Shown here: in pieces, positions 46,350 through 56,779 of the stretch
Layout: each line of letters begins with the position of its first letter
How positions within the stretch are numbered: the stretch's first letter is position 1
Source: Promethearchaeota archaeon
Lineage (GTDB): Archaea > Asgardarchaeota > Thorarchaeia > Thorarchaeales > Thorarchaeaceae
Assembly (NCBI GenBank): GCA_014728035.1
Contig: WJMJ01000022.1
Coordinates: 83,608 to 147,607 of the forward strand
DNA length: 64,000 bases
Direction: 5' to 3'
Translations under genes and position numbers: made by a program
The notes under the pieces: generated by a model
The model's input: only the letters and a program-made list of their open reading frames with translations
What the model was told of the DNA's origin: nothing
Database searches by the model: none

Positions 46350-47048
46350 TTGAAACACATCATAATCCCCACTCTTAATGAAGCGGAGAATATAGGAGTT
46401 CTTATCAAACAAATCTATCAATACTTGGACCCCTCGGATACAATGATTTTGGTAGTTGATGATAATAGTATCGATACTACTCATGACGTAGTACGAGAAA
46501 TGGCTCAAGAGTTCCCTCATGTCAAACTAATAGTCCGAAGAAATGAACGGGGTCTTGGAACTGCTGTTCGCAAAGGGGCTTCTTTAATCGATGAAGGCCC
46601 AGTTGTTGTTATGGATGCAGATTTATCTCATCATCCTCGTCATTTACCCGCAATGTTTCAGAAACTATCTGATGGGGCTGATGTTGTCGTCGGCTCTCGC
46701 TATGTATCTGGTGGGGGTATTCGTGGATGGCCTGGGAGTCGAGTTGCTGTAAGTCAAGTTGCAACATTGATTGCTAAGATTTTATTTAGAACTCCTGTTA
46801 ATGATCCCATGAGTGGATTTGTTGGATGTCGATCTCCAAAAATTCTTGTTGATGGGATTGATTATGCTGATTTCAAGTTTCTCTTAGAATTACTTGTCAA
46901 GAATAGAACATTGAAGGTGGGAGAGGTACCAATTACATTTCAAGACCGATTGAAAGGAAGTAGCAAACTCAAAGCAAAAACTATTGGTCTATATCTATCT
47001 CTGGTGTTGAAACTTATGTTAGAATCAGGCTCTCGGAATCGTCAGTAG
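46350..47048 (+). CDS. Polyprenol-phosphate mannose synthase (DPM1-like GT2)
   Basis: IIIPTLNEAENI, VDDNS.D.T, RGLGTA, MDADLSH.P, GSRY..GG, DPMSGF, EVPI.F.DR..G.SK. Confidence 0.88.
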   Translation: MKHIIIPTLNEAENIGVLIKQIYQYLDPSDTMILVVDDNSIDTTHDVVREMAQEFPHVKLIVRRNERGLGTAVRKGASLIDEGPVVVMDADLSHHPRHLPAMFQKLSDGADVVVGSRYVSGGGIRGWPGSRVAVSQVATLIAKILFRTPVNDPMSGFVGCRSPKILVDGIDYADFKFLLELLVKNRTLKVGEVPITFQDRLKGSSKLKAKTIGLYLSLVLKLMLESGSRNRQ

Positions 47049-47060
47049 GGAGATTATAGG

Positions 47061-49145
47061 TTGATAGAAAGCTTCCAGACCTCAAAAAACATTTCAATCC
47101 TGTATCTTGTTAGCTTGGCACTTTCTATTGCAACTAATTTTGTAATAATGGTCTTCATGAGGCTTGTTGGAAGTTCGATGTATCCTTTTTTCATTACAAT
47201 GTACATATGGACAGCTGCCTACATGCTTCTATTATCTGTACTTTTACGTGGCATTCGTCTCGATTACCTGTCTTCTATTCCAGAAAAATACATCCTCGCT
47301 CTAATCATTATCCTTACCATCTCATCAAGGACAATTTTTCTAGGCCTAACTGAATATATCTCATTGGACAGCTTATGGTATTTGGACTTTGGTAACTTCA
47401 TGGCACATGGAAACCTGCCTTATTCCGATTTTTATTTTCCATACCCTCCTGTATTTGGCTATTTCATCTACTTCATCTACCATTTGCTCCCTTCAGTAGA
47501 CAGTTTCAGGTTGCTCGCAACCTTTTTTGATTTGCTAGTCGTACTTGCACTTTGGAAACTTGCTAAGCAAAGAACTGACTCTCAATGGGCTAATTTTGTT
47601 GGTCTTGCTTATGCAATGCTTCCTATGTCGATTATTGAATCTGGATGGAATGGTCATTTTGAACCATTAGTTTCATTTTTCGTCATTATCTCAGTCTATT
47701 TCCTCTTTTTACATCGTGCTGTGGCTTCTGGAATCTTTCTTGGTTTAGCTACCGCGACCAAATTCTTTCCAGGATTGTTGCTTCCTGTTTTCATCTTCTA
47801 TTTCAAAACATGGAGAAAGCGTGTGGAATACGTATTCTCTTCGGTTTTGACAGCGGTTATCACAATCCTCCCATTTGTATTACCTGCTCTGTTAACACCT
47901 TCTAGTGGAGATACTGCTACCAACTCTTCTGACACTCCCAGCATGATTCGATTACTGCTGTATTCAATCTTTGATCCCACTTCTCATCCGCTTGTGATCA
48001 CACTCATATTGCTCGCTGGCATCGGCATCTTATTTGTTATAATCATCATTCAGCTTCTTAGTGGCAAAGGCAAAGAAAATGTTCTTCCATACAATATCAT
48101 TTCTGGTGTTCTTGGAATTGTTCTGATCGCAATGGGATTCATTGCAGCATGGTATCCTCTTGCTCCCGAATCGCGTCTTGTTTACTGGCGCTATCCTGCA
48201 GATGTTGGGATGGTCCGAGGAATAACCGCTTGTGCAGCAGGTCTTGTTATTATCTCAATAGCATTTCAAAGATGGCGGCATGGTACACTCAAGATTGTTT
48301 CTAAAGAAACTCTGATGATTCTCACAGCTTCTGTCGTACTATTGATGATTTCTATCGCACGAGAAGTATTCTATGGTTGGTATTTACTATGGGCTCTTCC
48401 CTTGCTCTTTCTGCTGGTTGACAAACGTTTGATGTTGATGGCATTATTAGGACTACTTCTTGTCTATCCAAGTTACACTCATGATAATTTCAACTCTCTT
48501 GGATATGAAGAAGAACAAATATGGAACGATGATTTCACATCCATTCAGGGCTGGAATAAGTATGTTAACACATCGAATTCAGGAATTCCGACCGGTGTGA
48601 TTTCAGCTGAAGCATATGTAAATGAATCAAAAGGACAATTCTATGCAGATACAACATCAGTTTCCGAAGAGTTTCCCCTTGGAAATGTTAGTATTGTCTT
48701 TAGAAAGGACTACGATTTTCGTGTTGAGCAAGAAACCGAGTTTGTAATCCGAGCAAAATGCAACTGGGATCCAGCCTTTGGTCGACTTGCAGATATTTCA
48801 TTGAACTTTATTGGACATGATTCAGAGAATAACGAGATTAACGGCAGTATCATTCCACGTACAAGTATTTTCACGAATCTCACGAACCTACTTTGGCGTT
48901 TTTCGTTCTCCTCCCTAATTGATTGCAATACTAGCTGCACAATCGATAGGCTGATTTTGACAATCTATCCAGTTCGCATTGGCGAATATCTGTTTTCGAT
49001 TGATTATATTTATACTACTCATGCAGGTCCTCTTAATCCTCGGTATATTTTCATTGGAACCACACTCATTACAATCTCGTTTATCGCATATGTATTCCTC
49101 AATATCGAACTTGCTCGAGTAGTGCGTATCAAAAAATCCCCATGA
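47061..49145 (+). CDS. GT87/DUF2029-like multi-pass glycosyltransferase with a large C-terminal extracytoplasmic domain
   Basis: D..WY.......G.LPY.DF.FPYPP, WNGHFE, LGLA...KFFP, YGWYLLW; soluble beta-rich region before a final TM helix. Confidence 0.75.
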   Translation: MIESFQTSKNISILYLVSLALSIATNFVIMVFMRLVGSSMYPFFITMYIWTAAYMLLLSVLLRGIRLDYLSSIPEKYILALIIILTISSRTIFLGLTEYISLDSLWYLDFGNFMAHGNLPYSDFYFPYPPVFGYFIYFIYHLLPSVDSFRLLATFFDLLVVLALWKLAKQRTDSQWANFVGLAYAMLPMSIIESGWNGHFEPLVSFFVIISVYFLFLHRAVASGIFLGLATATKFFPGLLLPVFIFYFKTWRKRVEYVFSSVLTAVITILPFVLPALLTPSSGDTATNSSDTPSMIRLLLYSIFDPTSHPLVITLILLAGIGILFVIIIIQLLSGKGKENVLPYNIISGVLGIVLIAMGFIAAWYPLAPESRLVYWRYPADVGMVRGITACAAGLVIISIAFQRWRHGTLKIVSKETLMILTASVVLLMISIAREVFYGWYLLWALPLLFLLVDKRLMLMALLGLLLVYPSYTHDNFNSLGYEEEQIWNDDFTSIQGWNKYVNTSNSGIPTGVISAEAYVNESKGQFYADTTSVSEEFPLGNVSIVFRKDYDFRVEQETEFVIRAKCNWDPAFGRLADISLNFIGHDSENNEINGSIIPRTSIFTNLTNLLWRFSFSSLIDCNTSCTIDRLILTIYPVRIGEYLFSIDYIYTTHAGPLNPRYIFIGTTLITISFIAYVFLNIELARVVRIKKSP

Positions 49146-49194
49146 CCGATTTGAATTGTTTTCAAAAATCGGTTAAGCAAATATATTATATGGG

Positions 49195-50496
49195 GTGATG
49201 GTTCTACCTAATCCGGTACCTAAATTGAGTGACTCGAAAAAGACTTGCCGAATATTAGCATTTGTGGAGCACTATCCTCCGTTCTTAGGCTCCGACAGGT
49301 CAGTATTTGAACTAGCTAAACGAGCTGCTCAAAAAGGAAAGAAGATTCATTTTGTTGCGACCCAACCGTTACGCTACTTAGTTGGCCAACGTCCTCCAGA
49401 TTGGGAATACACTAAGAATTGGGATGGGCCAGTTCCTAAAACCCACGAAAACATTTCTGCAAAATACTTGTTGTCAAGTAATACTCTTCTCAAAGTATGG
49501 AAAATATTCCCACCTCTTGCACTTCTTCTTACATTACTCAGTTTCACCATTAGTTCGATTCGTGAGATTAACCGATTCAAACCTCAAGTCGTTGTTGTTG
49601 CACATGCTTCTCCAATCGTTGGGGTTGTTGGTGTTCTGTCTGCAAAACTATCGCGACGTCCCATAGTTATGGGTTGTCCGGATTGGATGACAGCGTATGG
49701 AGCGGAACTTATCAAAGGCGAGCTAAATACTCTTGGCCGTGTGTTTCTGCATATTATTGAGATGACACTGTATAAATGGTCTGACAAAATCTTTGCAGCA
49801 ACGACTTTTCTACAGCGGCTTCTCATTCATCATAACATTCCGTCTTCAAAAATCACAGTTATTCCAAATGGGGTAGATGCTAAACAATTTTCACCAGAAA
49901 TTGATGCAAGTGAGATTAGAAAGCAGTATGACCTGTTCGAAAAGTCGGTCGTGATATTCTCAGGACATCTCGAAGAATGGGCTGGGGTTTCAGTGGTGTA
50001 CAATCTTGCAGAACGTCTTCATAACGAAGTTCCGAATGCTCGGATTCTCCTTGTTGGTGCGGGGGTAAATCTGAATTTACTCTTTGACCGACTGAGTGAG
50101 AATGGTTTGTCTCAAATGGTCGTATATGCTGGTTTTCATCCACACGATGAAATTCCAAAGTTCACTGCAGCTTCTGATGTTGCTTTGTGTATCTTTCCTG
50201 ATACTGCAGTATCTCATGCTGCTTCTCCCCTGAAGTTATTCGAGTATATGGGCTCTGGAAATGCCATCGTTGCCACACGAGTTGCTGGAACTGCTGAAAT
50301 ATTGCATGATGATGTCGGACTTCTTGTTCCTCCCGGAGATTCTCAAGCTATCTGTGATGCTACTATTCTTCTGTTCCTAGATGAAACGCGAAGAAAAGAA
50401 CTTGGAAGGCATGCAAGAGAATTAGTTGAGGAAAAGTATTCCTGGGATATTTTATCTGACCGCTTTTTGTCTGTTTGTGATAGTGCTATAGTTTGA
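49195..50496 (+). CDS. Glycosyltransferase family 4
   Basis: VIPNGVD, FSGHL, SPLKLFEYMGSG, YSWD. Confidence 0.9.
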   Translation: MMVLPNPVPKLSDSKKTCRILAFVEHYPPFLGSDRSVFELAKRAAQKGKKIHFVATQPLRYLVGQRPPDWEYTKNWDGPVPKTHENISAKYLLSSNTLLKVWKIFPPLALLLTLLSFTISSIREINRFKPQVVVVAHASPIVGVVGVLSAKLSRRPIVMGCPDWMTAYGAELIKGELNTLGRVFLHIIEMTLYKWSDKIFAATTFLQRLLIHHNIPSSKITVIPNGVDAKQFSPEIDASEIRKQYDLFEKSVVIFSGHLEEWAGVSVVYNLAERLHNEVPNARILLVGAGVNLNLLFDRLSENGLSQMVVYAGFHPHDEIPKFTAASDVALCIFPDTAVSHAASPLKLFEYMGSGNAIVATRVAGTAEILHDDVGLLVPPGDSQAICDATILLFLDETRRKELGRHARELVEEKYSWDILSDRFLSVCDSAIV

Positions 50497-51700
50497 GTGT
50501 AGTTCTATAATTTTCCAATGTTTGTTTTGCGCCTTCTATCCAAGATTGTTTCTTTGTATATGCGATTTGAGATTTCGAAATTTTCTGTACCAACTTCTGG
50601 TCTCTAAGTAACATTTCGATTTTCTCTGATAGATCCTTTGGATTGTCCGGCTTATACACAATTACCTCACCACCAAGGGACTCACGATTATGAAGACCTA
50701 CATCTGAAGCAATGATTGGTGTTCCATATCCTGCAAAATTATGAATTGGGCCACTAGCACCTATACTCTCCGTATACGGAACAAGTATAGCTGAAGCTGC
50801 TGAGTAATAAGTAGGGATTTCATCTTCAGGAATATAGTGTGCATCGATACGTACATTTTCCTTGAGAATGGAATCTTCTACTAGCTTTCTGATCTCCTTT
50901 AGGTATTTCTTATCGTCATCCTCAAGGGCACTCCCTGCAATAAGCAAAATTACTTCTGGATAGTCTTCTTTTAGATGCTTGACCGCTTCCACAGCTTGTT
51001 CCAATCCTTTTCCTCTTTTTATGAAACCGAAGACAAGAAGAATTTTCCGTCCATCCAATCCAAGCTGCTTTCTAGCTATAGATCCATCGAGTCTATCTTC
51101 AATTTCTCTACACGGATGGGGTATCTCCAATACTTTTCTGCATGAAATATTGTATTCTTCCAGAAATCTTCTTCTGAGTGCTGAACTCAATTTGACTGTA
51201 CTAAGCTGTATTGTATCAGTTCCCCAATCTAATAATTTCATGTAGATACTAAAGAAACCCTTTGCAAGAGGTGCAAAGAAACCCAATTTCTGATATGTTC
51301 TTACTCGATTTTCTACTTGATTCTTCATCCATGTACTATGTGATGTCACGGTTGTTTTTATTCCACATAATCTCAGCAAGAGAAGCAAGATGAGCATTCT
51401 TTCACCAAATAGCCCTCCATATACTTCTCCATGAGGCCCAAATTGAACATGAACAATATGTGGTTTGAGTTTTCTTATCCTTCTCAATAGTCTAAATGGA
51501 TAAAGGAGGTTGCGTCCTTCCCATATTGGATATGTTTGTACTCTTCCCTCTTTGTTTGGGAGCGGGTCTGCCTCTGGACCTGCGATTGCTACAATCTCAA
51601 CATCTGCCAACTCCACTAGCTTCTCTATCAACTTGGCAGTGTAGGGAGATTCCCCTGTTTTCTGTGGGGGTAATGGTGAGATTATAACTACTCGTAACAT
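50486..51700 (-). CDS. Glycosyltransferase family 4
   Basis: SPLPPQKTG, IPHP, FGFIKRGKG, PY....ASG......YGTPIIASDVG. Confidence 0.88.
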   Translation of the reverse strand: MLRVVIISPLPPQKTGESPYTAKLIEKLVELADVEIVAIAGPEADPLPNKEGRVQTYPIWEGRNLLYPFRLLRRIRKLKPHIVHVQFGPHGEVYGGLFGERMLILLLLLRLCGIKTTVTSHSTWMKNQVENRVRTYQKLGFFAPLAKGFFSIYMKLLDWGTDTIQLSTVKLSSALRRRFLEEYNISCRKVLEIPHPCREIEDRLDGSIARKQLGLDGRKILLVFGFIKRGKGLEQAVEAVKHLKEDYPEVILLIAGSALEDDDKKYLKEIRKLVEDSILKENVRIDAHYIPEDEIPTYYSAASAILVPYTESIGASGPIHNFAGYGTPIIASDVGLHNRESLGGEVIVYKPDNPKDLSEKIEMLLRDQKLVQKISKSQIAYTKKQSWIEGAKQTLENYRTTLKL

Positions 51701-51824
51701 CGTTATGTTTTTGTTTACAATCTCAACTATAGAATTTCCGGTAGATTGATTACGGTCTTCGAAATCACAGCATAACGAGTATATCTGAACCTCGCATATC
51801 GTCGAGTTAAGAGGGAGCTATAGC

Positions 51825-53384
51825 ATGACTACAGATACAACAAAGGTAGCAAGAGGAACATCCGCCTTTTTTGGACAATCTGTAACATCAGGTCTACTTC
51901 GAATATTCAATATCATGATTCTTACACGTTTACTCTTGCAAAATCAAATTGGCCAGATAGCTCTTATTGGGATTGTATATGGGTTCATCCAATTTCTTGG
52001 TGCGTTGGGATTAAATCATGCTGCTCCATTAGTTGTATCTGAAGCAGAAGAAAGAAAACAATATGGGATCATTCGAACCTTTCTGTCCCGTTCACTGATT
52101 CTAATTATCTTCAGTTCAATCTTCTTAGTAGTGCTTCTCTATATTTTCAGCCCTCTTCTTGTGGTCAATGATTTGCTCTCTGTGGAAACAGTACAAGTTT
52201 TGATGATAATTGGATTGTTTTCTTCTCTTGAGGTTTTCCTAGACTCTTTTCTTCTTGCAAGATATACTGTTCGTAATTTAGCTACTGGACGAATTCTTTT
52301 TGATTCTACCCGAGTTATCCTAAGTGTTGGTCTTGTCTTTGCAGGAGTTGGTGTGACAGGTGTTGCAATCGGGTGGTTGATTGCGGAGATATTTGCTGTC
52401 TTCTATTATGGGTACTTTGCTAGTCGTAAATTGCCCTCTAATACACAATCTGATGTCGAGTTTCGCCCAATCATTGCTTTTGCCCTCTCCAGCCTGGTAT
52501 TCCAAGGCATTGATGTGGCAATTCAAAACACGGATCGCCTAATTCTCCTGTATCAATCTGACTTAGTGGCCTTGGGTGTCTATGATGTTATGCTTAGCAT
52601 TCTATTTATGATGAGTTTCGTTTCATTAGCGATATCGACATCGCTCTATCCAGTATTTACAAAAGCAAGAGTAAGATCTGAGACCGAAAAGAGCGATCAT
52701 CTTGGAAATGCTATCGGTTATACAATACGCTACATTTTGGCTCTGCTTATTCCTTTAGCTATCATTGCTGCACTAAATGCTAATGCGATTCTTACCCATG
52801 TTTTTAGTGCATCTTATGCGACTTACCCCAATGCATGCCTGTCATTTTCTATCTTGGTCGTTTCTTATGTTGCGTGGGGTATTGTATATGCATTACATGT
52901 CATTCTCAGGTCTTTAGGAGAGGCTCGCTTTTTCGTCCTATCAGGCCTAGCTATTTTTGGGTTTGAAATTGTTGGAGCATGGTATCTAACATCGTGGTTT
53001 GGCCTCTTGGGCTCTGCATTGATTCGTGCCTGCTATATTCATTTGTTGCTGATCGCATCGATTTGGAGGTTACGTCAAAAACAAGTTCATGTCCAAGTAA
53101 ATCTTCAGAAACGATTGGCGAGAATTCTTCTAGCATCCATAATTGCTGGACTTTTAGTTTTAGTACTGCATCCTGCATCTTTATTGGAGCTCGGATTGTT
53201 TGGCATACTCTCTCTTATTGTCTATTTTGGACTACTAGTAATTGGTCGTGAGATTATCCATTTTGATATACGGGTCGCAAAAGCTATTTTTCCACTATCA
53301 TTCCACACTGCTATTGGACGTTTTGAAAGATACTACTTCTCGGAGAAGGAAGCTACTCTTGTTATGGACTCATCTTCGCCATAA
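51825..53384 (+). CDS. Oligosaccharide flippase (Wzx/MATE-like)
   Basis: VARG N-terminus, TRLL....G, TDRLIL, LGVY, LYPVF; about 14 TM segments. Confidence 0.85.
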   Translation: MTTDTTKVARGTSAFFGQSVTSGLLRIFNIMILTRLLLQNQIGQIALIGIVYGFIQFLGALGLNHAAPLVVSEAEERKQYGIIRTFLSRSLILIIFSSIFLVVLLYIFSPLLVVNDLLSVETVQVLMIIGLFSSLEVFLDSFLLARYTVRNLATGRILFDSTRVILSVGLVFAGVGVTGVAIGWLIAEIFAVFYYGYFASRKLPSNTQSDVEFRPIIAFALSSLVFQGIDVAIQNTDRLILLYQSDLVALGVYDVMLSILFMMSFVSLAISTSLYPVFTKARVRSETEKSDHLGNAIGYTIRYILALLIPLAIIAALNANAILTHVFSASYATYPNACLSFSILVVSYVAWGIVYALHVILRSLGEARFFVLSGLAIFGFEIVGAWYLTSWFGLLGSALIRACYIHLLLIASIWRLRQKQVHVQVNLQKRLARILLASIIAGLLVLVLHPASLLELGLFGILSLIVYFGLLVIGREIIHFDIRVAKAIFPLSFHTAIGRFERYYFSEKEATLVMDSSSP

Positions 53385-54410
53385 CCTGACATATTCGTCT
53401 ACCAAATTTTCCCATGTATGCTCTAATGCAAACATCTGTCCCTTTTCTGAGAGTTCCGAGTATTTCTTCTCGTTTCTAATAAGCAACGAAATTTCCTTTG
53501 CTGCACTCTCTGGATTCAAATGAATTGATAATGGAGCTCCATATGATGTTGCAGATTTTAGATAATGATACTTAAGGGATGTTCGGGCAATTGAAAGAAC
53601 AGGTGTTCCTTGTAACATAGACTCAAGAATGGACAGAAAACCCCCTGCAAAACAAATTTTTGATGCGGCTGAATATCGGCTAGGATCTTCTACTAATCCC
53701 CTGAAATGCACTGGTAAATTCATTCTTTCCGCTTTTGTTCTGATTTTGTCCTCCTCTTTCCCAGCACCACAGATAGTGAGGTCCAAGATGATATCATACT
53801 TCTCTTGTAATATCTTCATGACCTCAATATATTCGAAAATTCCTGTATCTCTCTCCAGTCTGCCAACAAACACTATCCCTTGCTTTTCTTGCACTCTGAT
53901 GATTTTCGGGGTAATTGCCCCAATTGAAATCTTGTCACACTTTACTTTGTATAATTGTTCAATGAATCTTCCAATACATATTGTTCCTTGCACAAGAAAT
54001 CTGGCTATTTTTCGTAAGATAATGAATCGAAAGGGAATTGGATCTCTTTCAAAACCATGAAATGTAGCGTAAACTGGGACTCGATTAAGGAATATCAAAG
54101 GAAGGTACCAGAGTACTAGCGGAACTGGATCATGGATATGTACTATATCGAATGTTGCAAAGTGTTCTCGGTTGGCAATAAACCACCGATAGGTTCTAAG
54201 CAGAGAACTATCATAACCAAAAGGAATGCGAATGATTTGAATCCCATCCCTCTTTTCTTTCAGAGGAATATTGGGTGTGTGTTGCGGAGCAACAACTGTA
54301 ACTTTCACGCCTCTTTTGTGCAACAATGATGATAGCTTTCGAACATGTTTTTGAACTCCACCTATTGATGGATAATATAGTGGTGAAATCATCAGAATTT
54401 TCATTATCAC
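53370..54410 (-). CDS. Glycosyltransferase family 4
   Basis: YYPSIGGVQKHV, DIVHIH, TFHG, FVGRL, ILESM..GTPV, TW. Confidence 0.88.
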   Translation of the reverse strand: MIMKILMISPLYYPSIGGVQKHVRKLSSLLHKRGVKVTVVAPQHTPNIPLKEKRDGIQIIRIPFGYDSSLLRTYRWFIANREHFATFDIVHIHDPVPLVLWYLPLIFLNRVPVYATFHGFERDPIPFRFIILRKIARFLVQGTICIGRFIEQLYKVKCDKISIGAITPKIIRVQEKQGIVFVGRLERDTGIFEYIEVMKILQEKYDIILDLTICGAGKEEDKIRTKAERMNLPVHFRGLVEDPSRYSAASKICFAGGFLSILESMLQGTPVLSIARTSLKYHYLKSATSYGAPLSIHLNPESAAKEISLLIRNEKKYSELSEKGQMFALEHTWENLVDEYVRLWRR

Positions 54411-54614
54411 ACCTTTTTATCTACCATTTGTCAGTCATTGTACGTGTTACTATTTGCACACTCACTCAAAGTCTCCTCAGTCTTGAGGGATTCCTTTTCC
54501 AGTTTCTATTATATAGTATAATCTGCTAAATCAGTCTGAAATTACACTTCCATCATAATTTTGAGATTTAGATTCAGTTATATAACCTTTCAAAATTGAA
54601 ATCAGGAACAGAAT

Positions 54615-55781
54615 ATGCAATCGGAAAAAGAAAAGCTTCCATTTCATCTCTGTATTGTCAGCCAGTGGAGATTTGATGATCTGGATAGCATCCCCGGAAA
54701 ACCAATTTCTGAAGCAATCAGATTAGCTGAAACTGTTAAGAAAGTGGTGTTTGTGTGTTATAATGAAGAGGGGAAATATTTGTCAAAGCGATTGGCACCT
54801 AATTTGTTTGTTTATACTGTTCCTTTATTGATGAGCAATTCACTTGTTCATACATTGAAAAATATGCTAACACAGTTCACAAGTATGACCTCGTTTCTAT
54901 GTAAGATCGTAGAACAACATGAAATCGATTTTATCCGCGCCGAGAATATTATTCTCGGGGGCATTCCTACCTATATCTGCAGTAAATTATCCGCACTTCA
55001 ATATGCGATCTGGTTAGCTGGATTCGAAGATCGCGTAATAAAAATTAGATATGGGGATGGAATCGTTTCAAAGATAATTCAAGGCTTGTTCACATTGCTT
55101 CGCAAGAGAATACTATCTAGTTCAGAGTTTGCTGTGGGTGTTAGTGCGGAATTATTAGAAGAATCAAAAATGTATACACAATCACCAGTTATTCTTACTC
55201 CTAACTTTGTTGACTTTGAATCCTTTAGACAAAAGGATGAATATGATGCTGGACAAGGACTGATTCGTCTTGTTTACATTGGACGACTAGAATCTGAGAA
55301 AGGTATTGATATCCTTCTTGAAGCTGTTGACATGATTAAACACCGAGATGATTTCATTCTTCATGTAGTTGGATGGGGTTCGCTTCTAGATAATGTGTTA
55401 AATGCATCTAAAAACGGCACTCCTATTGAATATCTGGGAAAAAAACCACACAAGGAGATACCTCGGGTTCTCTTTACTTCTGATATTCTGATACTTCCTT
55501 CCCTTACAGAAGGAATGCCTGCGGTTATCCTTGAAGCACTTGCTACGGGTACTCCGGTGATCGCATCCTCTGTCGGACAAATTCCATCTGTGATAAGACA
55601 TCAAAAAGAAGGTATTCTTATACAACCCAATGATGCAGATCAACTCCGGCAGGCAATTGAATCGCTATTGGACAATCGAGAAATGATTAGAGATATGGGC
55701 AGACAAACTCGCAAAAGAGCAATGGACATATCTGGAAAGTATATGGCTTTTCATAGGGCACTATTCAAAAAATTCGTATGA
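54615..55781 (+). CDS. Glycosyltransferase family 4
   Basis: PNFVD, YIGRLESEKG, LPSLTEGMPAVILEALATGTPVIASSVG. Confidence 0.9.
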   Translation: MQSEKEKLPFHLCIVSQWRFDDLDSIPGKPISEAIRLAETVKKVVFVCYNEEGKYLSKRLAPNLFVYTVPLLMSNSLVHTLKNMLTQFTSMTSFLCKIVEQHEIDFIRAENIILGGIPTYICSKLSALQYAIWLAGFEDRVIKIRYGDGIVSKIIQGLFTLLRKRILSSSEFAVGVSAELLEESKMYTQSPVILTPNFVDFESFRQKDEYDAGQGLIRLVYIGRLESEKGIDILLEAVDMIKHRDDFILHVVGWGSLLDNVLNASKNGTPIEYLGKKPHKEIPRVLFTSDILILPSLTEGMPAVILEALATGTPVIASSVGQIPSVIRHQKEGILIQPNDADQLRQAIESLLDNREMIRDMGRQTRKRAMDISGKYMAFHRALFKKFV

Positions 55782-55825
55782 AATTGAAAACCCCAGAGGT
55801 ACATTATGTTTTCTGCATCGAAAAA

Positions 55826-56593
55826 CTAATCCTTGCGTTTCAAGTCATGACCTGTAAGAACTGCTGCAATAATTCTCAAAAACTTGATTAAGATAACTCC
55901 CAATATTCCGAACGAATATTTTGTAACATTTTTTACAGCTCTTGATTCTCTGTCAGGAAAGTAAGTTACAGAAACAGGAACTTCTTGAATTCTTAATCCC
56001 TGAAACCATACATCGAGAATCATGTCATGTGTGAATGTGAAATATCCAATTAACTCCAGCTCTTCCGCAGCCTGTCGCGATAATGCCCTGAAGCCAGATT
56101 CTGCATCAGCAATTTCTGTTCTTATAATCTTTGAAATTACTTTTGCAATAATCCTATTTCCAATAATTTTGAGAAATGGCATATGTTTGAGCTTGTTTCC
56201 TTTGTGAAACCGAGACCCAATTACCAAGTCGGCTTTATTTTCCAAAACCGGTTTTATAACTCGTGGAATCTCTCGAACATCAAATTGCCCATCTGCGTCA
56301 ATTGTACAGATAACATCCGGATTCATTTTTAGTGCAACATCAATCCCATCTTTTATCGCAGATGCTACTCCCTGATTTTGTTTGTGCTTCAGAATGAAAT
56401 CCGCATTTGCCGAATGTGCAACTTCGTATGTGTTGTCGGTTGATCCATCATCGATTATAATCACTGATGTTTTAGTAAAAGGCAATGGTGTTCTTGGAAT
56501 GCTAGTAATTATTCCTCCCACTGTTTTTTCTTCATTTAGAGCTGGGATAATAACTACAACTTTTCTCTCTCTTTTTGAAGGAATAGACTTCAC
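55826..56593 (-). CDS. Glycosyltransferase family 2 (DPM/DPG-synthase-like)
   Basis: IIPALNEE, IDDGSTDNT, NQG, IDADGQF, DLVIGSRF, DAESGFRA. Confidence 0.9.
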   Translation of the reverse strand: MKSIPSKRERKVVVIIPALNEEKTVGGIITSIPRTPLPFTKTSVIIIDDGSTDNTYEVAHSANADFILKHKQNQGVASAIKDGIDVALKMNPDVICTIDADGQFDVREIPRVIKPVLENKADLVIGSRFHKGNKLKHMPFLKIIGNRIIAKVISKIIRTEIADAESGFRALSRQAAEELELIGYFTFTHDMILDVWFQGLRIQEVPVSVTYFPDRESRAVKNVTKYSFGILGVILIKFLRIIAAVLTGHDLKRKD

Positions 56594-56779
56594 TCACCAT
56601 TTAGTGCCTTGAATAGAAGCACCACTTTTTAACCTCTACTTAAGATTTATTGAATCTGTTTTTGGAACTATTTATACTTCTTTTGTCTTCATTCGCTTAG
56701 ATTTTTAAGAAGCTGTCTTTCTGTTTCATTGCGAACTCCATAATATCTGTTTTGCAAATTACGCTGTGAGGATAAAGCT

